Assembly: GCA_963745235.1 (NCBI GenBank)
Contig: CAVUXE010000104.1
Span: 1 to 11,498 of the forward strand
Direction: 5' to 3'
Source of the DNA: an uncultured Spirochaetota bacterium
GTDB taxonomy: Bacteria > Spirochaetota > Spirochaetia > SZUA-6 > Fen-1364
DNA length: 11,498 bases
The translations under genes were made by a program, and so were the position numbers. Under the pieces are notes generated by a model. That model had not been told where the DNA came from, made no database searches, and saw only the letters and a program-made list of their open reading frames with translations. Positions 1-8,306 of the stretch are shown here, one piece after another. Positions within the stretch are counted from its first letter, which is position 1, and each line of letters begins with the position of its first letter.

Positions 1-1010
1 GCCCGCGGCATCATCGCCGCCCAGACAATGGCCAACCCATCCCCGCGGTCTGGGCCTGGATTGCGACTCGCAACCCACGACCCGACGCGGTTCCAGGCGC
101 TCCGGCAACAGCGCCCGCGCTGACCATGGCCGGGCCAGCAGGCTTACGCCCTGCTTCTGCTCGTTCAGCTGTTCAGCGCGTGCTCTCCGGTTCCGCCATC
201 GGCCCCGGCGTGGGCTCTATGTACAAAAACCTCGATCACTCGGCTCCTGGATCGCAGCGTCATCTCCTGGTTGCCACTGCGGTTGCCCTTGTCCTCATCG
301 TGGTGCTCGTCCTTCGACGCATCACCTTCAACTTCGCGCCGCAGAGCGACAACGGATCCATCACGGTGAACGTCACTATGCAAACGGAACCACCTGGCGG
401 CAACCAACATGACAACGGGGGCGCTCCAAAAGTATCTCCTTCAGCAGCCGGCCGTCAGGACGGTACAGACCATCGTTGGGAGCGTCGGCATTTTCACCGT
501 CGGCGTGAACAGGCCGGAGAACACGACCATGGTCGTCCAGCTGGTTCCTCTTGCCAGGCCGGGGTTTATGACCTCATGGACAAATATCGTAAGGGCATGG
601 GGGGATCCTGTTCACTGATGATCCCTCAAACACCCTGAGTTTGAGCGCGGGGGGTTCTCGCGATCAACTCCACTGTCACCTTGAGCCTCGTCTCCCCTGA
701 CCAGGACCTGCTCCAGGCAAGGAGCGAAAAGATCCTCGAGTACGTGAAGAACCATGCCTATGTAACGAGCGCCACTTCCAGCACCTCCGATGTCACGATC
801 GAAAGGGACTTCACGCCCAGTGAATCAAAGATGGAGGGCACGGGGATCAGCCCCGGCGCTGGCAAGCCTGCTCCAGAACTATGCATCCGGGACGCATTCC
901 GGGGACGTGCAGATCGGCGGACAGAGCTATCCTATCATGGTGCAGATCGATCCGACCTACCTCGGACGGACAGTCTCTCCTCGACCTGCCCATCGACTCG
1001 CCCACCGAGC
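1..1010 (+). pseudogene. Frameshifted middle part of an AcrB/AcrD/AcrF-family RND efflux permease (begins upstream of the window); decay or sequencing error
   Basis: RND-like segments alternate between frames. ORF 126..638 has a TM helix plus FNFAPQSDNGSITVNV. ORF 409..618 has LQKYLLQQPAVRTVQTIVG. ORF 681.. has DQDLLQARSEKILEYV...ERDFTP. ORF 790.. has LASLLQNYASGTHSGDVQIGGQSYPIMVQID. ORF 881.. has SDGQSLLDLPIDSP. The frame returns to that of 681..1793 near 1008. Confidence 0.7.
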
Positions 1011-1793
1011 GGGGAGGCGCAGGTGGGTCAGCTCGGCGGCCTCGTGGTGCGCCAGTCTCCCATCAGTGTCCTGCGGTACAACCGCCTGTACACGGCGACA
1101 CTCTCGATCAACCTGGCAAAGAAGGCTCCCTCCGCGCTCACCTTCCAGAATACCCTGACGGACGAGATGACCAGCAAGGGTCTTCTGGACAGCACCGTCA
1201 CCGTCGGCTCGGGAGGGGCGTTCAGCTCGGCCACCCTGGCCAGAGAGGTCCAGACATCGGGCATCACTGCATTCCTCCTGGCCCTCGGCCTTGCGTATCT
1301 CGTCATGGCAGCCCAATTCAACTCGTGGCGCTACCCCGTTTACCTTTTCCTGCCCGTTCCGCTCGCCATCGTTGGCGCCCTTCTTTTCATAGTGATTCTG
1401 GGAGGAGGACTGGACACCTTCGGGCTCCTCGGCGTCCTCCTCCTGATCGGCCTCTCGGCAAAGAACGCCATCCTGTATCTCGATTTTGTCGTCGAACGCG
1501 TCGGAAAAATGCCGCTGAAGGAGGCCCTCACCGATTCAGCAAGATTGCGCTTTCGCCCCATCATCATGACCACCCTGACGGTTCTGGTGATCGCGGGACC
1601 GCTCGTCTTCGGCCACGGAGAAGGATCAGAGTTCGGTCAAAGGCTCGGAATCGTGATGTTTGGCGGAATTCTCACCTCTGCGGTGCTCACGTTCTTCATC
1701 GTGCCGGCGGCTTTCTATCTGTTCGAACGCAAGCGCGTGGAAAAGAGGGCAGAGAGTGAAGCCGGCGATGGTCTGCGGTCGGCGGAGGTATAG
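681..1793 (+). CDS. RND efflux transporter permease (AcrB/AcrD/AcrF family), C-terminal portion; 681 is not the true start
   Basis: Characteristic RND TM8-TM12 motifs: AYLVMAAQFNSWRYP, VPLAIVGA, LIGLSAKNAILYLDF, RLRFRPIIMTTLT, LGIVMFGGILTSAVLTFFIVPAAFYLF. Residues encoded at ~858-1008 are out of frame. Confidence 0.9.
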   Translation: MSLVSPDQDLLQARSEKILEYVKNHAYVTSATSSTSDVTIERDFTPSESKMEGTGISPGAGKPAPELCIRDAFRGRADRRTELSYHGADRSDLPRTDSLSSTCPSTRPPSGEAQVGQLGGLVVRQSPISVLRYNRLYTATLSINLAKKAPSALTFQNTLTDEMTSKGLLDSTVTVGSGGAFSSATLAREVQTSGITAFLLALGLAYLVMAAQFNSWRYPVYLFLPVPLAIVGALLFIVILGGGLDTFGLLGVLLLIGLSAKNAILYLDFVVERVGKMPLKEALTDSARLRFRPIIMTTLTVLVIAGPLVFGHGEGSEFGQRLGIVMFGGILTSAVLTFFIVPAAFYLFERKRVEKRAESEAGDGLRSAEV

Positions 1794-1988
1794 AGCTCAC
1801 GGGCGCTGCCCGCGCTCAGCGGAATTGTGGAGCGACTTCGCTTGATGGTGGCGCGGCCACGACTCGGGTTGGCCTGCGACAGCGGACTCAATCCTCGAGA
1901 AGGTCAGGAGACTTTCTCAAGCAATCTCTGAGACGCAACACGAGGGCTTGCGTCTTCTGGCCTCGCCAATCGACCCTGCATGACCGTG

Positions 1989-2015
1989 TTGACAGGAGGG
2001 GATTTTCAATACACT
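1989..2015 (+). promoter_or_regulatory. Putative sigma70 promoter for the cupin-dehydrogenase operon
   Basis: TTGACA at 1989-1994 and TACACT at 2010-2015. The 15-bp spacer is short and contains homopolymer runs. Confidence 0.5.
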
Positions 2016-2018
2016 GTA

Positions 2019-2037
2019 AATGAAATAACGTTTCATT
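2019..2037. promoter_or_regulatory. KdgR-box-like operator (perfect inverted repeat)
   Basis: AATGAAA-TAACG-TTTCATT, lying over the expected transcription start. It resembles the KdgR consensus AATRAAAYnnYRTTTYATT as recalled. Confidence 0.8.
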
Positions 2038-2077
2038 ACTCTCATGCCCGTCAATTCTTGCTGCATTGAGGAGCGCT

Positions 2078-2494
2078 ATGAAGGAAAGCGATTTCTCTCC
2101 CTCGGCCGCCAGCGAACGGGAGCGCTACGTGACTCGACCCTACGAGGCAGTGCCCATCACGGAGCTGGTGAAAGGCTCCAACAGCCACCTCGTTCGCGGC
2201 TCGAACGTCATGCTGAGCTTTCTCACCATGAAAGCCGGCAGCATCTTCGAGCTGCACTCCCACCCCGAGGAACAGGTGATGGTGGTCCTCGAAGGCTATT
2301 GCGACGAGATCATCGAGGACAAGATCTACCGCGTCGGCCCGGGGGACGTTCTGCGCCTGCCGCCGAACGTCAGGCATGGGGCTTTCCTTCGGGAAGTCGA
2401 CTGCCGAGTCATGGACGTCTTTTCCCCAGCGCGTCGCGACTACGCCGACAAGTTTTCCGAGCAGCACAAGGGCGTCCCCATGCGGTTCGTGTGA
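2078..2494 (+). CDS. Cupin domain protein, KdgF-like (138 aa)
   Basis: RBS GAGGAG at 2068-2073. Cupin metal motif HSHPEEQ...GPGD...PPNVRHG, and C-terminal DVFSPARRDY typical of KdgF-like cupins. Confidence 0.85.
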   Translation: MKESDFSPSAASERERYVTRPYEAVPITELVKGSNSHLVRGSNVMLSFLTMKAGSIFELHSHPEEQVMVVLEGYCDEIIEDKIYRVGPGDVLRLPPNVRHGAFLREVDCRVMDVFSPARRDYADKFSEQHKGVPMRFV

Positions 2495-2507
2495 GCCCGG
2501 CGGCTCC

Positions 2508-3557
2508 ATGAAAGCGCTACGCATCCACGGGCCGCTGGACATGCGCATCGAGGAAGTCCCGGTTCCGACGCTGGAAAGGGATCAGGTCCTCGTACGCGTG
2601 GCCGCGGTCGGCATATGCGCCACCGACATCGAGCTTTTCGACGGCCGCATGCCGTATATCCGCCAGGGCCTGACACGGCTTCCCCTGACCCCGGGACACG
2701 AATGGTCGGGCGTCGTGGAACAGGTCGGAGCGGAGGTGGAGAACGTCCATGTCGGAGACGCCGTCTGCGGAGACATCAGCCTGGGGTGCGGGCAATGCCA
2801 CAGCTGCCTCACGGGGGCCTACCACCTGTGCGATCGCCGCAGCGAGCTCGGCGTCATCCGGGAGGATGGCGCGTTCGCGCAGTTCCTGAGAACGCGTGCC
2901 CGCCACGTGTATCGCGTCCCCGCCGGACTTTCGCTGCAGGAGGCCGCTTTTGCCGAGCCTGCAGCAACCTGCCTCAACGGCCTGCGGAGGACCGGTGTAG
3001 CGGCTGGGGACAGGGCCGCGGTCTTCGGTGACGGAGTCATCGGGTTCATCACCGCCCAGATCTGCAAGTGCATGGGCGCCTCCCGGGTCGTCCTGATCGC
3101 ACCAACCTCGGATCACCAGAGGGTGGCAGGCGAGCTTGGTATCGCTCTGCTCGACGCCTCAAGGGAAGACGTCCTGGACGAGGTCCCACGGATCCTCGGC
3201 GGGCCTCCGGAGGTCGTCTCCGAATGCAGCGGCGATCCTGAGGCGCTGAACACGGCAATCCACCTGACCGCGCCGGGGGGCCGCATGAACGTCCTGAGCA
3301 TCACCGGCGCATCCAGCGTTCCGGCGGACATCGATTCCCTGGTAACGCGCGACATTGTCATGGTCGGCTCCCTTGCAAGCCCGAACGCTTTTGTCCCAGC
3401 GCTGAGGCTCCTGGCGTCAGGAGCCATCAAGGTGCGGCCGCTCATATCGAGAATCTATCCTTTCGAGGAGGCGCTGGAGGCGTTCAACTTTGTGCGTCTG
3501 CGCAGACAGCCTCGGATCAAGATCCTGGTCAGCTCATTCAAGGAGGAACATACGTGA
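2508..3557 (+). CDS. Zn-dependent medium-chain alcohol dehydrogenase (polyol/aldonate dehydrogenase type, 349 aa)
   Basis: N-terminus MKALRIHGP. Motifs GICATD, PGHEWSG, structural Zn CGQCHSC-x7-C, EP and Rossmann GDGVIG. Confidence 0.92.
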   Translation: MKALRIHGPLDMRIEEVPVPTLERDQVLVRVAAVGICATDIELFDGRMPYIRQGLTRLPLTPGHEWSGVVEQVGAEVENVHVGDAVCGDISLGCGQCHSCLTGAYHLCDRRSELGVIREDGAFAQFLRTRARHVYRVPAGLSLQEAAFAEPAATCLNGLRRTGVAAGDRAAVFGDGVIGFITAQICKCMGASRVVLIAPTSDHQRVAGELGIALLDASREDVLDEVPRILGGPPEVVSECSGDPEALNTAIHLTAPGGRMNVLSITGASSVPADIDSLVTRDIVMVGSLASPNAFVPALRLLASGAIKVRPLISRIYPFEEALEAFNFVRLRRQPRIKILVSSFKEEHT

Positions 3558-4546
3558 TGAAACCGGTCACATGGGGAGTGCTCTCGGTGGCGAGCCACTT
3601 CGTGGGCAAGATCAACCCGAACGTGAGGAAATCACCGCTCAATACCATCCAGGCCATCGCCTCTCGGAGCATCGACAGGGCGAGGGCCGCCGCAACCAGG
3701 CTCGGCATTCCCCGGGCATACGGCTCATACGCGGACCTCCTGGCCGACAAGGACATCGAGGCCGTCTATATTCCGCTTCCCAACCACCTTCATGCGGAGT
3801 GGGTGAAAAAGGCAGCGGATGCCGGCAAGCATGTCCTGTGCGAAAAGCCCTTCGCAATGAACGCGGCGGAGGCGCAGGAAGTGTTCGACTACGCAAAACG
3901 CAAAGGGGTCCTTGTCATGGAGTCCCTCATGTACCGCTTCCATCCCCAGTGGATCAGGGCAGCAGAAATCGTCGGAAGCGGAGAGCTGGGTGAGATCCAC
4001 GCTGTCACGATCTTCTTTTCCTACATGATCACGGACCCGACGAATGTGCGGAACATCCTTGCCATAGGCGGCGGCGGCACGCGGGACGTGGGAAGCTACG
4101 CCGTATCCGCCGCGCGCTTCATGGTCGGAGCCGAGCCCCGGCGGGCCATGAGCCTCATGCACCGGGACCCGTCCCTGAAAACGGACACGCTGTCAACGGG
4201 CGTGCTGGACTTCGGGAAGGCACGGTCCACGTTTACCGTGGGGACGCAGACGCAGCCCTGGCAGCAGGTCGACGTGGTCGGCTCCGGGGGCCATCTGACG
4301 GTCCATCTTCCCTTCAACCCGAACTCGGATACTCCCTCCGAGCTCACGGTGACTGCGTGGAATGGCACGCGCACGGTGTATACGCCGGTGGCAGACCAGT
4401 TCGTGGAGGTCTTCGAAGCCTTCTCCCGGGCGGTGCGCGCCGGGGGCCCTGTCCCTCAGCCTCCCGAAGACACGGTAAGCAACCAGAAGGCGGTGGACGC
4501 TCTTTTCAGGTCTGAGAAATCCGGAACATGGGAGCCGGTGACGTAG
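3554..4546 (+). CDS. Gfo/Idh/MocA family oxidoreductase (aldose dehydrogenase-like)
   Basis: RBS AGGAGG at 3541-3546; the start overlaps the upstream stop (GTGATG; GTG 3554 or ATG 3557). Motifs IASRS, AVYIPLPNHLH, GKHVLCEKP, MYRFHPQ, GGGGTRDVGSY. Confidence 0.93.
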   Translation: MMKPVTWGVLSVASHFVGKINPNVRKSPLNTIQAIASRSIDRARAAATRLGIPRAYGSYADLLADKDIEAVYIPLPNHLHAEWVKKAADAGKHVLCEKPFAMNAAEAQEVFDYAKRKGVLVMESLMYRFHPQWIRAAEIVGSGELGEIHAVTIFFSYMITDPTNVRNILAIGGGGTRDVGSYAVSAARFMVGAEPRRAMSLMHRDPSLKTDTLSTGVLDFGKARSTFTVGTQTQPWQQVDVVGSGGHLTVHLPFNPNSDTPSELTVTAWNGTRTVYTPVADQFVEVFEAFSRAVRAGGPVPQPPEDTVSNQKAVDALFRSEKSGTWEPVT

Positions 4547-4566
4547 GCGTTCTATCCTGAGCGCGG

Positions 4567-4595
4567 GCGACGCGTTCTACTTGCGTCGTTCTTTT
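4567..4595 (+). terminator. Possible intrinsic terminator of the + strand operon, overlapping the permease stop codon
   Basis: GCGACGCG-TTCTACT-TGCGTCGT stem (6 Watson-Crick pairs plus 2 G.U) followed by TCTTTT, 20 nt after the stop at 4546. Confidence 0.4.
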
Positions 4596-5569
4596 CGTGA
4601 CTCGTTGAACGTGTCGAACACCACGGCCAGGATCAGCATCAGGCCGGTCACCAGGTTCTGCCAGTAGACGTCGACGCCCAGGAGGTTGAGCGAGTTCGCG
4701 AGCATCCCCATGAACAGGGCGCCCAGGAGGGCGCCGAGAACGGACCCTTCCCCGCCGTTCAGGCTCGCCCCTCCGATGATCGCCGCGGTAATTACGCGCA
4801 GCTCGATGCCGGTTCCCACCGTGACAGACGATGAGCCGAACCGGGCTGTGATCATGAGCCCCGATATGCCCGAGATCACGGCGATCAGGCAGTAGTTGAA
4901 GATCTTGACGAAGTCGACATTGATTCCCGAGAGCCTCGCCGCCTGCTCCTTGCCTCCCACGTAGTAGTTCTGCCGGAAGAAGCGGGTGTTGCGCAGCAGG
5001 AGATCTCCGATCACGGCCAGCGCAACGACGACGAGAATGGGATACTGCACGACGCCCCACAACTTGCCCTGTCCAATATTGGTGAAGGAATCGGGCAGGT
5101 TCAACACCGCGCGTCCCTGCGCGATGACGAGCAGAAGACCGCGGATCGTGATCATCATCCCGAGGGTAATGATGAAAGGGTTCATCTTGAGCTTGGCGAT
5201 GAGAAGCCCGTTCACCATTCCCACGGCGGCGGCAGCCAGCAGGGAGAAAATAATGGCGATGACAGTCGGAACGCCGGATACGAGCGCAAGGCCGCACACG
5301 ACGCCGGTGAACGCCAGCGTGGAGCCGACGGAGAGGTCCAGCCCGCCGGAGACGAGGAGGATCGCCATCCCGACGACGATCGTGCCTTCGACGGAGAGCC
5401 CCAGCAGGATCGCCTCGATGTTGGCCCATCTGAGAAAGACCGGGGAGGCGATTGCCATGGCGGCGCCCCCGACGACGAGCACGAGGATGATGATTGACTC
5501 GCGGAAAGCGAACACCGCGCCCAGCCGCTCGCGAACCGTGTGCGTCCTGGTTTCCTGCGTGCTACCCAT
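4577..5569 (-). CDS. Sugar ABC transporter permease (RbsC/CUT2 family, 330 aa)
   Basis: ATG at 5569 with GGAGGA upstream, overlapping the ATPase stop. Motifs GGLDLSVGS, PFIITLG, GGKEQAARLSGIN, ELRVITAAIIGGASLNGGEG. Confidence 0.95.
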   Translation of the reverse strand: MGSTQETRTHTVRERLGAVFAFRESIIILVLVVGGAAMAIASPVFLRWANIEAILLGLSVEGTIVVGMAILLVSGGLDLSVGSTLAFTGVVCGLALVSGVPTVIAIIFSLLAAAAVGMVNGLLIAKLKMNPFIITLGMMITIRGLLLVIAQGRAVLNLPDSFTNIGQGKLWGVVQYPILVVVALAVIGDLLLRNTRFFRQNYYVGGKEQAARLSGINVDFVKIFNYCLIAVISGISGLMITARFGSSSVTVGTGIELRVITAAIIGGASLNGGEGSVLGALLGALFMGMLANSLNLLGVDVYWQNLVTGLMLILAVVFDTFNESRKERRK

Positions 5570-7085
5570 GGCTTCTGTGTTCCTCCACGCTGCCTGACTG
5601 GAGACCTGTCGCATAGGAGAGAATCAATTCTTCCGAGAAGTCCTTGCGCTCCACCTCTCCGACAATCCTTCCGTGGTGCATAACAAGGATCCTGTCGCAG
5701 AGACCGATGAGCTCGGGCAGGTCCGAAGAAATCAGGATGACCGCGACTCCGCTTTGCGCAAGCTCTTCGATCTTGATGTAGATGTCCGCCCGGGAAGCTA
5801 CATCCACCCCTCGGGTCGGCTCGTCGAGAAAAATAACCTTCGGACCAGTGCCTACCCAGGCTGCAACGAGGCACTTCTGCTGGTTTCCACCCGAAAGCTT
5901 TCCCACCTTCTTGAACGCGGAGGGCGTTGCAATGGAAAACTCCTTGACCATCCGGACGGAAAAATCGGTGATTGGCCCGCTCTGCATGAAGCCGAAGCGG
6001 CTCGTGAACCGGCGCAGCGAAGGAGCCACAAGATTGTCACGGATGGCCATGTTCAGGTACAGTCCCAGCTCCTTGCGGTCTTCGGTCAGATAGGCGATGC
6101 CCGCCTTGATCGCTTCCCGGGGATTCCCCGTCCGCACAGGCCTCCCCTCGAAAAATACCTTCCCCGTGTCGCGGGGATCCATGCCGAAAACGGCGCGGGC
6201 CAGCTCGGTGCGTCCGGAGCCCACAAGACCGGAGAATCCGAGAATCTCCCCTTTTCGAACACGGAAGCTGGCGTCAGAAAATTCGCCTCGTCGTGAGAAA
6301 CCTTCAACCCTCAGGTATTCATCGTCCCCGCGGGGGGCTGACCGGGTCGAGTTGCTCGAGATGTCCCGGCCCACCATCATTGCCACCAGGTCCCTCTCGG
6401 TGCACTGGGAGGTCTCCCGAGAGCCGACGTACCGGCCATCCCTCATCACGATGACGCGACCGCTGATCCTGAACACCTCGGAAAGTTTGTGCGTGATATA
6501 GATGAACGACATGCCCTCTGAACGGAGGCTGCGGATATTGTCCATCAGATAGGCCGTCTCGGTCTCCGTGAGTGAAGAGGTCGGCTCATCGAGAATGAGG
6601 ACCTTGGGGCCCGTGGAAATGGCCTTGAGGAACTCCAGGATCTGCTGCTCACCCTTGACCAGCCGCTTCACCAGGAGCCGCGGGTCGAGGGACACGTGAA
6701 AACGCCGCAGGAACTCCGCTGTTTCCCGGTGAAGGCGCTTCCATTCGATGAAATCCAGGGCGCCGACCGGCTGGCGATTGGCGAAAATGTTTTCTGCTAT
6801 CGAAAGGCTCCCCACGAGCGACAGCTCCTGGAACATCATCCGGATACCGGCGTGCATGGCGTCCATGGGGGACGAAAAGGAAGCCTCCTTCCCGTCCAGC
6901 TCGATCTTCCCTCCGTCGGGACGCACAGCCCCGCCAAGGATCTGGCTCAGCGTGCTTTTTCCGGCCCCGTTCTCTCCGATCAGGGCCAGGATCTCCCCCT
7001 TGCGCAAGGTGAAGCTCACATCCGCCACCGCCATCACTCCGGGGAAGCTCTTCCTGAGTTTTTCTACTACCAGAAGCTCTGCCAT
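5562..7085 (-). CDS. Sugar ABC transporter ATP-binding protein (RbsA/MglA type, tandem NBD)
   Basis: Walker A GENGAGKST, LILDEPTSSL, YITHKL. Second domain GLVGSGRTEL, LSGGNQQK, DEPTRGVD, ISSDLPEL. Confidence 0.96.
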   Translation of the reverse strand: MAELLVVEKLRKSFPGVMAVADVSFTLRKGEILALIGENGAGKSTLSQILGGAVRPDGGKIELDGKEASFSSPMDAMHAGIRMMFQELSLVGSLSIAENIFANRQPVGALDFIEWKRLHRETAEFLRRFHVSLDPRLLVKRLVKGEQQILEFLKAISTGPKVLILDEPTSSLTETETAYLMDNIRSLRSEGMSFIYITHKLSEVFRISGRVIVMRDGRYVGSRETSQCTERDLVAMMVGRDISSNSTRSAPRGDDEYLRVEGFSRRGEFSDASFRVRKGEILGFSGLVGSGRTELARAVFGMDPRDTGKVFFEGRPVRTGNPREAIKAGIAYLTEDRKELGLYLNMAIRDNLVAPSLRRFTSRFGFMQSGPITDFSVRMVKEFSIATPSAFKKVGKLSGGNQQKCLVAAWVGTGPKVIFLDEPTRGVDVASRADIYIKIEELAQSGVAVILISSDLPELIGLCDRILVMHHGRIVGEVERKDFSEELILSYATGLQSGSVEEHRSHG

Positions 7086-7094
7086 GAGTATTCA

Positions 7095-7130
7095 ATGGAA
7101 GGAGAGGGCTTAGGGCCCTCTCCTCGCCAT
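7095..7130 (-). promoter_or_regulatory. Intercistronic stem-loop between the binding protein and ATPase genes
   Basis: Minus strand AGGAGAGGGC-CCTAA-GCCCTCTCCT, a perfect 10-bp stem at 7100-7124, extendable by ATGG/CCAT. There is no U-tract. Confidence 0.7.
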
Positions 7131-7133
7131 GAG

Positions 7134-8138
7134 CTATTTGTACATCTTATTCGCTTCGAGGAAATAGTCGACGTTGGACTTGTCGACCCAGCTGATCGAG
7201 GTGAAGATATTCGCCGGGGCGGCGTCCACCTTCGCGGCCACGTTGTTCGACGTGAGGGGAGGATCGAAATGATGCTTGCTGAACAGGACCATGAGGCACC
7301 ATACCATTTCAGCGCAGTCATCCTGCGCGATGGTCCCGTCCAGGACGCCGGACTTGACCATGTTCAGCACGTCGGAGTTGCGGTCCATGGAGACGACCTT
7401 GATCTTGCCGGCCTTTCCCGCTTCCTTGACCGCCGTGGACGCGGCAATCCCGCCCGTCGAATCAGTGCACGCAAATGCGGAGAGGTTCGGGAATCGCTGC
7501 AGGATGGCCTTGGCTACGTTGATTGCGGTCACGGTGTCCGCTTTCGTGTCTCCCGTCTGCACGACCCTGATGCCGGGATATTTGCCGAACCCTTCCCGGA
7601 AACCCGCTTCGCGCTGGTCGAACATGCTGACGCCGCTGATGGTGAGAATTGCCACGTCACCCTGGCCTCCCAGGACCTCGCCGATCTTCTGACCGCCGAA
7701 AAAGCCCAGGTCATGCTGGTTGGTGCCGACGAACGTCGAGCGCTTGGAGTCCGGCACGTCGCCGCTGTACGTGACCACAGGAATGCCCGCTGCCACGGCC
7801 TTGTCGATGGAAGGCTTGAGGCTTTCATCCACGCCGAAGACCGCTATCCCCGCCGGTCTGCGGGCTATTGCCTGGTCAAAAGCGGAGATCTGGCCCGGCA
7901 CGTCGTATTCAGCGGGCCCGATGTAGCTGGTTTTCACGCCGAGCTTGTCGCCCATCCATTTCCACGCGAACTTGTGGGCGCTGAAATATTCAAGGTTCCC
8001 CATGCATGCCACGGCGAGATACTCCTCGCCCGGAGATCCCTTCAGAGCCTGCGCTTCTGCCTTCGTGGCGCCGGAGAGCGTCATGAGGGCGCCGAACGCG
8101 ACCATCATTCCGAGTACCCAGAGAACTCTTCGACTCAT
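7134..8138 (-). CDS. Sugar ABC transporter periplasmic substrate-binding protein (RbsB-like, type I PBP fold)
   Basis: RBS AAAGGAAGG. Sec signal peptide MSRRVLWVLGMMVAFGALM...AEA. Motifs AVAAGIPVVT, FVGTNQ, QREAGF, KIKVVSMD, GTIAQD. Confidence 0.93.
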   Translation of the reverse strand: MSRRVLWVLGMMVAFGALMTLSGATKAEAQALKGSPGEEYLAVACMGNLEYFSAHKFAWKWMGDKLGVKTSYIGPAEYDVPGQISAFDQAIARRPAGIAVFGVDESLKPSIDKAVAAGIPVVTYSGDVPDSKRSTFVGTNQHDLGFFGGQKIGEVLGGQGDVAILTISGVSMFDQREAGFREGFGKYPGIRVVQTGDTKADTVTAINVAKAILQRFPNLSAFACTDSTGGIAASTAVKEAGKAGKIKVVSMDRNSDVLNMVKSGVLDGTIAQDDCAEMVWCLMVLFSKHHFDPPLTSNNVAAKVDAAPANIFTSISWVDKSNVDYFLEANKMYK

Positions 8139-8164
8139 GTTCAGCCTTCCTTTCTGAGAGACTG

Positions 8165-8202
8165 CGGGGCAACGCCCCTTTCCGGGAACAACGTCCCCTT
8201 TC
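8165..8202. repeat. Imperfect tandem repeat of two small hairpins in the binding-protein leader
   Basis: CGGGG-CAACG-CCCCTTTC (8165-8182) is directly followed by CGGGAACAACGTCCCCTTTC (8183-8202). Confidence 0.55.
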
Positions 8203-8240
8203 GAACTTTCTTGTATTCGAGCGATTTCTGATGTTTCACC

Positions 8241-8270
8241 ATTCTACATCCTCGATCTGCAAACCGTCAA
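8241..8270 (-). promoter_or_regulatory. Putative sigma70 promoter for the ABC transporter genes
   Basis: Minus strand TTGACG (8270-8265), 18 bp, TAGAAT (8246-8241), followed by a TGAAAC half-box. Confidence 0.6.
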
Positions 8271-8306
8271 CAAAAAACACCAGGAATGCGTGGATCTGCC
8301 GCGCAT

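Noticed and set aside
881-1759. 292-aa + strand ORF as a separate gene
   Set aside because: Alternative frame of the RND gene; only ~15 codons (SDGQSLLDLPIDSP) appear to belong to the real protein.
2376-2507. N-terminal extension of the Zn dehydrogenase in the ORF track
   Set aside because: Overlaps the cupin gene; MKAL at 2508 is the canonical MDR start.
4506-5429. 307-aa minus strand ORF
   Set aside because: Arg-rich alternative frame of the permease gene.
4577-8138. Naming the transporter rbsABC
   Set aside because: Only family-level similarity; there is no ribokinase or rbsD nearby and the substrate cannot be assigned.
6696-8231. 511-aa + strand ORF
   Set aside because: Antisense to the binding protein and ATPase genes; His/Arg-rich shadow composition and no domain motifs.
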